Shown here in pieces: positions 26,974-36,620 of a stretch of DNA of 64,000 nt. Each line of letters opens with the position of its first letter. Position 1 is the first letter of the stretch. The stretch is from IMG/VR virus record IMGVR_UViG_3300029705_000039; one strand, 5' to 3'. A program made the position numbers and the translations under genes. The notes below the pieces were generated by a model, which did no database searches, had not been told where the DNA came from, and was given only the letters and a program-made list of their open reading frames with translations. This DNA comes from a virus (lineage: Duplodnaviria; Caudoviricetes).

Positions 26974-28258
26974 TCTAATTTATCCCATCAACCAAAAACC
27001 CGCAACCGCTCGTGAATGGATTATGTATACAATTCAATTCACCTTCGCAGTTCTAACTGCTACGGTTCTAATTTCCACTATCTGCGGCACTAATATTGCC
27101 GCAGGTATGGTGGCCGCGGGTATTTCTACTTTAGTTTTCCTATGTATTACTAAGTTTAGAGCCCCTATTGTTATTTCCAATTCAGGTGCTACCGTAAGTG
27201 CGGTTTTGGGTGCAATTGCTTTATCTAACGCAGTAGAAACCAACCTACTTGGCGTTGTGCTTGGCGGCCTAACCATTATGATTATTTATAGCGTTGCCGC
27301 GTTCTTGATTAAAAAGTTTGGAATTGCTTGGCTTACAAAGTTAATTCCCCCTGTTATTAGCGGCACAACTATTATCGTAATTGGCGCTACTCTTGCTGGT
27401 TTTATTCCTACTTATGCACAGGTTGCTGGTTCTTATTCTCTTGTCGGTTGTGCTGCCGCAATTTTTACAATGTTGGTAATTGTTCTTTGTATGCACTATG
27501 GTAAAGGTATGGTTAAGACACTACCTTTCCTAATTGGCCTACTTGCCGGCTATGGTTTATCACTAATTTTAACAATTACCGGTGTTGCTCCTCTTGTTAA
27601 TATCGCGGCCCTGGACTTCAATCGTATTATTGCTATGCCAGATTTTGCTTTCCTACATCTAAATTTTGCCGCGTTTGATTGGAGCACTTTGCCGCAAATT
27701 ATTATGCTGTTCGGTCTTGTAAGCCTTGCCGCTATGACGGAACATATTGGCGATATGATGACTGCCTCCGCCGCATCAGAGCGGAAATTACTCGAAGACC
27801 CAGGTTTGCATCGCACTCTACTTGGTGATGGCGTTGGCTCTTTTATTGGCACTTTAATTGGCGCTCAACCTAATACAACTTATTCTGAATATACTTCCAC
27901 GATTGTTGTAAGTAAAGTTGCCAGTGTTTATGTTACTTTTACTACCGCCTGTGCTCTTATTTTACTTGGTATCTTCGGTCCTTTTAATCAGTTTATTACC
28001 AGTTTGCCTAACTGCGTTTTCGCAGGAGTATCTATGGTGGCCTATGGTATGATTGCTATGGCGGGATTAAGAACGATTATTGATAATAAAATTGACTTCT
28101 CTAATAATAAAAACGTCGCTATTTTCGCAACTATGTTGGCTTGTGGCGTAAGTGGTTTTGGTATTACATATGGTTCATTTAATTTAAGCGGCATTGCACT
28201 TGCTATGGTTGTAGGTATTATTCTAAATCTAATCTTAAAAGATTCTAAGAAGGCGTAA
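26966..28258 (+). CDS. uracil/xanthine permease (NCS2, UraA/PyrP family)
   Basis: PPVISG, EHIGD, DPGLHRTLLGDG, PNTTYSE. Confidence 0.92.
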   Translation: MSNLIYPINQKPATAREWIMYTIQFTFAVLTATVLISTICGTNIAAGMVAAGISTLVFLCITKFRAPIVISNSGATVSAVLGAIALSNAVETNLLGVVLGGLTIMIIYSVAAFLIKKFGIAWLTKLIPPVISGTTIIVIGATLAGFIPTYAQVAGSYSLVGCAAAIFTMLVIVLCMHYGKGMVKTLPFLIGLLAGYGLSLILTITGVAPLVNIAALDFNRIIAMPDFAFLHLNFAAFDWSTLPQIIMLFGLVSLAAMTEHIGDMMTASAASERKLLEDPGLHRTLLGDGVGSFIGTLIGAQPNTTYSEYTSTIVVSKVASVYVTFTTACALILLGIFGPFNQFITSLPNCVFAGVSMVAYGMIAMAGLRTIIDNKIDFSNNKNVAIFATMLACGVSGFGITYGSFNLSGIALAMVVGIILNLILKDSKKA

Positions 28259-28320
28259 GCCTTCTTTTTTTTGACTTTTTTTAATTTTTATGTTATACTT
28301 TATATAAAGGAGTGATATAA

Positions 28321-28650
28321 ATGCCAAAAAAGTTTATACCTGATGCCGCATTACTCAAGACAATTCTAACTCGTTATAAGGAAACTAATAGTTATGCCGC
28401 GGTTTCAAGAGAAACAGGACTTAGTGCCGCAATTATTAAGAGAATTATTACAGAAAATACAGAAAAATCTGATGGAGAAGTTAGTGCCCCTTCATTGAAA
28501 AAACCTCAAACCGCTTCTCAAATACTAGGGCAACGAGTTAAATATAATTATTGCGGCCCCGCGCCCATAGAGACATCTTTGCCGCGAAAATTTATGTTTT
28601 ATAATCAATTAATTCAATTGATGAAGGAGCATCTAAATGTTCAAGATTGA
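28321..28650 (+). CDS. HTH-containing protein
   Basis: SYAAVSRETGLSAAIIKRII. Confidence 0.6.
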   Translation: MPKKFIPDAALLKTILTRYKETNSYAAVSRETGLSAAIIKRIITENTEKSDGEVSAPSLKKPQTASQILGQRVKYNYCGPAPIETSLPRKFMFYNQLIQLMKEHLNVQD

Positions 28651-28918
28651 AGAAAAACAAGATAAATATTATGTTATCCCAACGGCAGATTACCTATTGA
28701 AGCATTTTGATAAGTTTGATTTTCCTTATGATTCAAATTGGGAAATTTATAAGTTATTTAACTATTCAGCGGAAGATTTCTTAAAATATATTATCGCGGC
28801 CCATAATGGAACAGTAGTGTTTCAATATGAATTTCCTTATATAAATTTTTATTTTACTAAATATTCAGATGCTGAAATTTTTAAAAATGAATTAATAAAA
28901 CGCGCACAAGCAGCGTGA
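28637..28918 (+). CDS. hypothetical protein
   Basis: overlapping start, AAGGAG RBS. Confidence 0.6.
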   Translation: MFKIEEKQDKYYVIPTADYLLKHFDKFDFPYDSNWEIYKLFNYSAEDFLKYIIAAHNGTVVFQYEFPYINFYFTKYSDAEIFKNELIKRAQAA

Positions 28919-28975
28919 AAAATTTTACCAAACTCACTTACCTAAAATAACCTAAATGGTGAGGAGGTGAGTAAA

Positions 28976-29425
28976 ATGGGCGACAAAGTTATGAAATTTT
29001 TAAAATTCATTAAAGATTTTTTCACCGGCCTCTTTAACTTGGCTTCTTTTTCACAATGGAAAGAATAGGTTGATACCACTTTTACAAGCGTAGCAACGCA
29101 AATGTCTAAAATCTCAAAAGACTTAAAAAAGAATACAACCGCTATGACGACTCTTTCCGGTTAGATTACTACTCTTGGAGAAGAAATTACTAAGATTAAA
29201 GATGGTCTTTAGATTGAACTTTTCGGAAGCCTACAAACACTACACGCACGTTTGGTAGAACAAAAGTTTGCTACTATTGAATAGAAATTAGAAGCCAAAC
29301 TTTATTATGACCAAATCCATAATCTTGGAAAAGATGGATGGAGTCAAAAATATTATGATGAAATTATCGCTATGTCCGAAAGCCGCGCTGAATATTGGGA
29401 ATGGGTAAAGTAGGGTAAGATTTAA
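28976..29425 (+). CDS. hypothetical coiled-coil protein (5 TAG=Gln; absent from ORF track)
   Basis: GGAGG RBS, 149-aa frame; YDQIHNLGKDG resembles a motif of lysis-module proteins. Confidence 0.7.
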
Positions 29426-29513
29426 TATACGAGCCGCTTATAGCGGCTCTTTATTTTTTTGACTTTTTTAAAATTTTGTGTTATAATAAATAAAAGTGGA
29501 GGTTAAATAAAGT

Positions 29514-29993
29514 ATGAATAAATCAGTTATTAATTATGAAATTTATACTGATGGCGCCGCTAAGGGTAATGATGCGGCCCACCGTAGTGGTGGTTGGGCT
29601 TATTGTGTTTTATTCGATGGTGATATTATTCGTAAGGATAGCGGCACAGTATTAGACACTACCAACCAACGTATGGAATTACAAGCAGTGATTGAAGGTT
29701 TAAAGGCTTGCGAATTTTTTTGGAATGAAGATTATGAATATCATTTCTATTGTGATAGTGCCTATGTAATTAATTGCTATCACCAAGGTTGGTATATTAA
29801 TTGGGAACAAAATGGTTATAAAAACGCCAAGAAGCAACCAATTGCCAATATGGATTTGTGGAGCCAAATTATTCCTTATTTTAAACGTAAGTCTTTTTTC
29901 TTCCATAAAGTAGAAGGACACGCAAATAATTATTATAATAATTTCGTAGATAAGATGGCACAGGCGGCCGCGGCTTCTATGAGTAAGAGGTAA
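29514..29993 (+). CDS. rnhA: ribonuclease HI
   Basis: IYTDGA, TTNQRMELQA, DSAYV, N.DLW, KVEGHA, VDKMA. Confidence 0.92.
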   Translation: MNKSVINYEIYTDGAAKGNDAAHRSGGWAYCVLFDGDIIRKDSGTVLDTTNQRMELQAVIEGLKACEFFWNEDYEYHFYCDSAYVINCYHQGWYINWEQNGYKNAKKQPIANMDLWSQIIPYFKRKSFFFHKVEGHANNYYNNFVDKMAQAAAASMSKR

Positions 29994-29994
29994 T

Positions 29995-30336
29995 ATGGAG
30001 ATTAATTTTTCTAAAGATATTGATATTTTTGAAGTAGAAAAACCTGACTATGATGCTTATTTTTATCGTCTTCCCGCAAAAGATTTGATGAAAACTACTC
30101 CGCGTGAAGGATTAACTGTTTATAAGGATGTAATTGAAAACGAACCTATTTGCGGCATCCTGACTGAAAATATAATGGCAACGTCCGCAAATAGATATTT
30201 TATTTTCAATTTTATGGACGAAACGCGACTTGGCTCACATAAAACTTATAAACATATTCATATGTCTGAAGAAGAATATATTAACTTTTTAAAACGACTT
30301 CAAGAAATAATCAAGGAGAAAGGGGAGAATGCTTGA
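29995..30336 (+). CDS. hypothetical protein
   Basis: ORF in operon. Confidence 0.6.
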   Translation: MEINFSKDIDIFEVEKPDYDAYFYRLPAKDLMKTTPREGLTVYKDVIENEPICGILTENIMATSANRYFIFNFMDETRLGSHKTYKHIHMSEEEYINFLKRLQEIIKEKGENA

Positions 30337-30898
30337 AAGAATTTACTTATTACATGCCCATGCGCAAAGCGGTAAAGATACTTGCGCCGCTATTATGAAA
30401 GAAGAATATGAAAAGCGCGGCAAAAGGGTAATTGTAATTGCCTTCGCAGATTATGTAAGATGGTGTTTAGATAAATATTATGGCGTAAAAGATTATAAAA
30501 CTCCCGAAGGCCGCACAATAATCCAGCATTTTGCTACCGACCTTGTGCGTAAAAATGACCCAACTTTCTGGGGCCGCACGGTAGGAGATTTGTTATTAGC
30601 AATTGAAGATGATTTTGATTATGCTATAATTCCTGACTGGCGTTTTTATAATGAATATGATGTGCTTGCTACTCGTTTTGCTCCGCATATTATAGTTCAG
30701 GTTCTAATTGACAGACCCAATAATGAATTAACTGATAATATGACTACTGAACAACGTAGTCATCAATCTGAGTCAGAAATGAATGATTATAAGAACTTTG
30801 ATTATAATATAATTAATGAGTATGGTAAATTAGAAGAAACAAAAAAACAAATAATTAAAATGATAGAAAAAGAAGATAAACTTTTTGAGGGTGATTAA
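30329..30898 (+). CDS. deoxynucleoside monophosphate kinase-like
   Basis: AQSGKDT, AFAD, IIPDWRF.NE, H.SE. Confidence 0.8.
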   Translation: MLERIYLLHAHAQSGKDTCAAIMKEEYEKRGKRVIVIAFADYVRWCLDKYYGVKDYKTPEGRTIIQHFATDLVRKNDPTFWGRTVGDLLLAIEDDFDYAIIPDWRFYNEYDVLATRFAPHIIVQVLIDRPNNELTDNMTTEQRSHQSESEMNDYKNFDYNIINEYGKLEETKKQIIKMIEKEDKLFEGD

Positions 30899-30950
30899 GA
30901 TTTGACTTTTATAATATTTTGAATTATAATATTGTAAAGGAAGTGATGAT

Positions 30951-31739
30951 ATGGGATTAATTTATATGCTAACCAGCCCCAGTGGAAGATCTTATATTGG
31001 ATAGACAAAGCGACCCTTTACTATACGATGGAATCAGCATAAAAGAGAGGCGGAAACTGGAAATGATACTCCTCTTTATAAAGCCATACGAAAATATGGC
31101 GCCGATTCTTTTTAGCATACAATATTAATAGAAACAGATAATGACAAATTAAATGAGTTAGAATAGTATTATATTAAATAGTATAATACGTATAATAATG
31201 GTTATAATTGCACTATCGGTGGCGAAGGAAATTGCAAAATTTCTGATGAGACTATTATTCAACTTTGGGAGAGTGGGTTGTGCTCAGCAGATATAGCACG
31301 GCAATTAAATGTATAGGGACATACTATTGAAAATAGAATTAAAAGTCTTTATTCTGATGCTGAAATATAGGAACGTCGATACGCTTCAATTGGGAAAAAA
31401 CTTCAATTAAAAGATAATAATATAAAAACTCTATGGGATTAGGGCTATAGTGTTACTTAGATTTCGGATATATTATCCTATGATAGACATACAGTAAGCC
31501 GTGTTTTATAGAGACTGGGAATTACTCCTGAACAGTTAGAATATTCTAGAAAGGCCCACAGCGGTGATAAGAAAAATTCTCCCATAATACAATATGATAA
31601 AAATGGTAATTTTATATAGGAATGGTTTTCAATTAGTGAAGCGGCGAGACAATTAAATATTCACGCTGGTAATATTTGCAAAGTTCTAAAAAAAGAAAGA
31701 AAAACTACTGGTGGTTATATATTTAAATATAAGGAGTAA
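30951..31739 (+). CDS. GIY-YIG homing endonuclease with HTH and NUMOD1 (10 TAG=Gln; absent from ORF track)
   Basis: MGLIYMLTSPSGRSYIG*T; GYNCT.GGEG; SISEAAR...GGYIFKY. Confidence 0.85.
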
Positions 31740-31741
31740 TT

Positions 31742-32878
31742 ATGATTAAGATTAATGATGTTGATGAATTATTTGAAATGGAGCCTATGCGCTATTGGAG
31801 TCTGCCTTCTGGTCTTACTGATATCGAACGTCAGGAAAAATTAAATATGGCACTTTCTACGGGTGAATATATTTATAGCCTTAAAACAGATGGCAATCTG
31901 ATTCGTGCTGTTATCACTCCTGACCGTTTTGCTCTTCAAACTCGCGGTAGAGGAAGAAATACCGGTGTATTTGGTGAAATTCAAGATAAAGTTTTTTGGG
32001 CAGACGCTATTGCAAATGCTTTTGAAGATACAACCGTTTTAATCGGTGAAGCGTATATTGAGGGTAAAGTAGACCGAGATGTAGGAGCCGTGCTTCGCTC
32101 ATTAACCGATAAGGCAATTGCCCGACAGAAGGGTAATAATGTTGTAAAGTTCCGCATCTTTGATTGCCTTTACTATAATGGTGAAAATCTTCTTTCTACT
32201 CCCATTATTGAGCGCATTAAGTATCTCCCGCAGGCAGTCGAAGCAATTGGACACGAACTTGTTAGTTATGTAAAGTATTATGAAGCCAAGCCTGAAACTT
32301 TCTGGGATAAACTTTCTACTATCTTTGAAAAAGGCGGCGAAGGCGTAGTTCTTTATAAAAAAAGTATGTTGCCTTGCGAAAACCGCACTCCTGCCTGGCA
32401 GACTATTAAGGTAAAGCAAGTTTTGAAGGAACATATTGATTGTTTTATTTATGGTGTAGAACCTGCGGAAAAGAACTACACTGGCAAAGAACTTCCCACG
32501 TGGCAATACTGGATGGATGATAAGACAGGAGAAAAGTTCCTTGGCTCCTATTATCTTAAGTATTGTGATGGCGGTATGATTATTCCTATTTCTAAGGGAT
32601 ATTATTATAATTGGCCTGGTGCAATTAAGTGCGCAGTTTATGATGAAAATCACAATCCTGTTGTTCTTTGTAAATGCTCTGGCCTTACTGAAGAAATGAA
32701 GGCGGCCTTGCGGGATAACTATGATGAATGGCATATGTGCCCTGTAAAGATTGACGGCATGATGATTTCAAAAGATTCAAAAACTGGCTCAATTAGCGTG
32801 CGACATCCGAAGTTGATTTCTATTAGAGATAATGACATTGATATTAATGATTGTCTATTGTCTAAGGTGGTAAAGTAA
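31742..32878 (+). CDS. ATP-dependent DNA ligase
   Basis: KTDG motif I, GEAY, FRIFD, EGVV, K.K, VRHP. Confidence 0.85.
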   Translation: MIKINDVDELFEMEPMRYWSLPSGLTDIERQEKLNMALSTGEYIYSLKTDGNLIRAVITPDRFALQTRGRGRNTGVFGEIQDKVFWADAIANAFEDTTVLIGEAYIEGKVDRDVGAVLRSLTDKAIARQKGNNVVKFRIFDCLYYNGENLLSTPIIERIKYLPQAVEAIGHELVSYVKYYEAKPETFWDKLSTIFEKGGEGVVLYKKSMLPCENRTPAWQTIKVKQVLKEHIDCFIYGVEPAEKNYTGKELPTWQYWMDDKTGEKFLGSYYLKYCDGGMIIPISKGYYYNWPGAIKCAVYDENHNPVVLCKCSGLTEEMKAALRDNYDEWHMCPVKIDGMMISKDSKTGSISVRHPKLISIRDNDIDINDCLLSKVVK

Positions 32879-32880
32879 CT

Positions 32881-33132
32881 ATGAAATATATAAAGAAACC
32901 TATCCCTGTTGAAGCATTTTGTCCTGCGGAAGAGGCTTGGCCCGAATGGTTTACGAATAATCATATTCGTGTTATATTAGAAGAAAATATGATAATTGAG
33001 ATTGATACATTAGAAGGCACAATGAAATGCTCTGGTGACGACTATATTATCCAAGGCGTAGATGGCGAACTTTACCCCTGTCGCCGCGATATTTTCTTAA
33101 AGACTTATGAAAAATTTGAAGAGGACAATTAA
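32881..33132 (+). CDS. PGDYG-like conserved phage protein
   Basis: TLEG...DYIIQGVDGELYPC..DIF.KTYE. Confidence 0.75.
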   Translation: MKYIKKPIPVEAFCPAEEAWPEWFTNNHIRVILEENMIIEIDTLEGTMKCSGDDYIIQGVDGELYPCRRDIFLKTYEKFEEDN

Positions 33133-33175
33133 AATTTGTCTTTTTTAAAAATTTAATATATAATAAGGAGAACAT

Positions 33176-33382
33176 ATGGATTTTATATTTAACTCTCGTT
33201 AGAAAAAAGTAGAAATTTTTTATGAGAACGAAATAGAACAAAAAGCATTGTTTGAATTTCTTGGTAAGCATATAAAGTTTAAAACTGGCGGCATTCCCGA
33301 CAGCATATATATAAATAGTCCTGAAATTAGTTGGACTACTGTAAATACTTAGCCGCCTTATACTATAAGCACAGCAGATTAA
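33176..33382 (+). CDS. hypothetical protein (2 TAG=Gln)
   Basis: AAGGAG RBS; frame stays open past the TAA to 33547. Confidence 0.45.
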
Positions 33383-34088
33383 GCCATTACTTTAAATAAT
33401 GGTAATGTCTCTACTATTGACACCGCTTCAATAGAAAAAGCAGTTTCTAATTCAATTAATTCCAATTTTCGCGAAGCAAAAATTTCTTTAGAATTAGATA
33501 ACTCCTCTGATGAAGGTGGATATATTACTTGTTCCCCACAAAACTAAATAATAGGTCTCCGCATTATTGACCTTTATAAAAATGCCGTGTGCCGTTACGT
33601 TAAGACAGGGAGGCAGACCCGCCGCAAGAATCTGCTCGCTCATTGACAATCGTCAGGGCGTCAATCCGTAGAACTCTACTACGGGTCAGGAGTAATCCAG
33701 TTAAGTGAGGGATGGTAGCGTAGTTATCGTAGGGCCGCTGATAACCCAGAAGAGCAATCTTCTGGAAGGTAAAATTTTTTTACCTTTGCCGTAGGGATTT
33801 ATTATTTTATAAAAATTATCTTAATATAAACTCGTTGTCGTTCCGCTTCGCGGAACTCCGCACTTCGTTCTTGTGAAGATTGCTTCGTCTCGCACTGCGT
33901 GCTCAACGAACCAACTTCTACAAGAGAGTAAAAGATGAACGAAAAAATGTATATAATTATAAAGGGTTTAAGGATAAATTTGTCCGTAATCAAATTATTA
34001 TCGAGAAAACTTTTATCACAAAATAAATATACTTATTTACTTATAAAAGAGAGAAATCTCTCAAATTATTTTGGAGGATATTCTATAT

Positions 34089-34688
34089 ATGAATGATGGT
34101 TTTTTAACATTAGTTGAGGAGCAATCCACGTTAGACCCAGTAATGTATCAATATTTTAATCATTATAAAAATCATCGAACTATTATTTTTAATCGCGCAG
34201 TAGATGATAGTATTGTAGAGACTGTTATTTTACCGCTATTAGAGTTTGAAAATGATAGTAATATCGAGCCCGTCAAACTTATTCTATCTACACCTGGCGG
34301 CTCCGTAAGTGATGGGTTAATTTTATGTAATGTTATTGATAATTACAAAAAACCTTTAGAAATTTATGTGTATGGATATGCTTGTTCTATGGGCACAATT
34401 ATTTTATGCGCAGGAAATAAGAACCCAAATGTTAAGAAGTATTGCTATCCCTTTTCTTTCGGTCTTTTCCACGCTGGTTATTCGGCCGTAGAAGGTGAAA
34501 GTCTAAGTGTTGAGGACCAAATCGCTTTTAATAAGAAAACCGATAACACTATTCGTGATTATGTCGTAGAAAATACTAAAATTACCGCAGAAGAATATAA
34601 AGCAAATGAACGTCGTCAATGGTATCTGAGTGCCCAAGAAATGAAAGAAAAGGGACTTGTTGATATTATTATTGGCGGAGATGAATAA
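34089..34688 (+). CDS. clpP: ClpP-family protease
   Basis: LSTPGGSV, ACSMG, H, YLSAQE..EKGLVD. Confidence 0.85.
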   Translation: MNDGFLTLVEEQSTLDPVMYQYFNHYKNHRTIIFNRAVDDSIVETVILPLLEFENDSNIEPVKLILSTPGGSVSDGLILCNVIDNYKKPLEIYVYGYACSMGTIILCAGNKNPNVKKYCYPFSFGLFHAGYSAVEGESLSVEDQIAFNKKTDNTIRDYVVENTKITAEEYKANERRQWYLSAQEMKEKGLVDIIIGGDE

Positions 34689-34693
34689 TTATT

Positions 34694-35926
34694 ATGCTTA
34701 AAGAAACAATTCGTTTCTACGACACAAGCGCTCTTCTTGGCGGCGCAACCATTGATGAAAATGCGTATATTAGTTCTATTGTATTAGATGAGATAGAACA
34801 TATTAAAACAAGTGCGGTAAAAGATGAGGAAATAAAGTTCGCGGCGAGGGCATTAGTTCGTAAATTAATGAAAGCCAATAATTTTAAACACGAAATCTTT
34901 TCGCAAGAAGCACTTGAAAAAGTTATGAAGAAGTATCGTTTCTTGGAACGTAAAAATGATAGCCTTCTAATTTGTGAGGCTATTCTATTAACAAAAAAAT
35001 ATCACGTTATTTTTATTACTCAGGATGCTTGCCAATATCTTATTATTAAAGACCGTTTTCCAGAAATAGTGCCAGAGTATTTTGAAGAAGAAAAACATAA
35101 AGAAAATTTATGGAAAGGCTTTATTACTATCACTCCAAGCGAACAAGAATTAAATAAAATCTACTCCAATCCAAATGATAATATCTTAAATTTAGTCAAT
35201 AATGAATATGCTATTATTCAAAATGGTAATGAAATTGCTGATATTATTAAATGGACGGAGGATGGTTATAGAAGTCTAAACTATAAACCAATTCAATCTG
35301 AATACTTTGGTAAAATTAATCCACGAAATATCCAACAAAAGATGTTTTTTGATTTACTCCAAGATAGGAACATTCCTATAAAACTATGTCGCGGGCCTTA
35401 TGGTAGCGGGAAGACTTATTTAGCCTTGGCACAGGCGATGCACCTTATTAAATTTCATAAGTTTGATAAGTTAGTCTTTATTAGAAATAATATTGAAGTC
35501 GCGGGCTCAAAGCAATTAGGCGCGCTACCGGGCGACCAAATTGAAAAATTACTACCTTATTTGATGCCTTTAGCAGATCATTTAGGAGATATAAGTATTT
35601 TAGAACAGTATATCACCGAAGGTATCATTGAACCGATACACGTTGGTTTCCTGCGCGGCCGCAGTTTTAATAATAGCATTATATTTGTCGATGAAGGCGA
35701 AAACCTAACAGATAATATTATGAAACTTATTATTGGACGAGTCGGTGAAGGTAGCGAATTATGGATATTAGGAGATGAAGCGCAAGCGGACCTAAATATC
35801 TTTAAGAAAAATGGCGGCATCGCGGCTTTAGTGAATAGTCTAAAAGGGCACGGAATGTTTGGTACAGTTGAATTACAAAAGACGGAGCGTTCTGCTGTAG
35901 CTCAATTATGCGATTTAATTAAATAA
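34694..35926 (+). CDS. phoH: PIN-PhoH family protein
   Basis: YDTS PIN motif, GPYGSGKT, LGALPG, FLRGRSF, VDE, GD..Q.D. Confidence 0.9.
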   Translation: MLKETIRFYDTSALLGGATIDENAYISSIVLDEIEHIKTSAVKDEEIKFAARALVRKLMKANNFKHEIFSQEALEKVMKKYRFLERKNDSLLICEAILLTKKYHVIFITQDACQYLIIKDRFPEIVPEYFEEEKHKENLWKGFITITPSEQELNKIYSNPNDNILNLVNNEYAIIQNGNEIADIIKWTEDGYRSLNYKPIQSEYFGKINPRNIQQKMFFDLLQDRNIPIKLCRGPYGSGKTYLALAQAMHLIKFHKFDKLVFIRNNIEVAGSKQLGALPGDQIEKLLPYLMPLADHLGDISILEQYITEGIIEPIHVGFLRGRSFNNSIIFVDEGENLTDNIMKLIIGRVGEGSELWILGDEAQADLNIFKKNGGIAALVNSLKGHGMFGTVELQKTERSAVAQLCDLIK

Positions 35927-36012
35927 TAATTAGGGGTAGATTTTCTACCCCTAATTTTTTGACTTCTTTTAAATTTTATTTTATAATATTTATATAAAAG
36001 GAGTGAAGTCAA

Positions 36013-36297
36013 ATGCCGAAAACTGTTTATGTATGTGAATATTGTCATACCGCTTATCCCAATCGTATGGATGCTCGTTGGTGCGAAATTCTCCACGAGC
36101 ATAAGACAGGTCTTGGTTTATATAATGAGCGAGTCATGGCAGAGATAAAGCGTCTTAATCAAAATCCTTGCGATTATTGCCGACGCGCATATTATGTATA
36201 TGGCTCTGAATGGAATTGTGATTGTCAAAAGAATTGTCATAATTTCTCTTTATTCATTGCCAAGGAGAATGAAAATGGTGACTCATTAGTTAATTGA
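36013..36297 (+). CDS. Cys-rich hypothetical protein
   Basis: CEYC..C..H, CDYC; sigmaA promoter. Confidence 0.65.
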   Translation: MPKTVYVCEYCHTAYPNRMDARWCEILHEHKTGLGLYNERVMAEIKRLNQNPCDYCRRAYYVYGSEWNCDCQKNCHNFSLFIAKENENGDSLVN

Positions 36298-36568
36298 CAA
36301 AAATGTATTCTCGCATATGGTAAACGAATTACCGCAAGTAGAATTTAATGGATAGATACTAATTCCTTTAAAACGAATTAATCAAATATTGTCTTTCCTA
36401 CCAATAGAAGTTCGTGGGAGAACTACTATGTAGAAAAATAGTTATAATACAATTCGATGCACCTATTGTGGAGAATTTTTACCTAATAGCGAAATGGAAG
36501 TAGCACATTTTAAATACTGCCCGTATTGCGGATTAGATATTGAAGAATTAAAATTTGACAATTATTAA
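36275..36568 (+). CDS. zinc-ribbon protein (3 TAG=Gln)
   Basis: CTYCG...YCPYCG in read-through frame; AAGGAG RBS. Confidence 0.65.
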
Positions 36569-36620
36569 AAATCGTATTATAATATAATGTAAAGAAAAGT
36601 GAGAAAAGGAGTTTAAGTAT

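Noticed and set aside
32102-32734. Long antisense ORFs (210 aa here; also 37227-37586, 40511-40981)
   Set aside because: Antisense shadows of well-supported plus-strand genes
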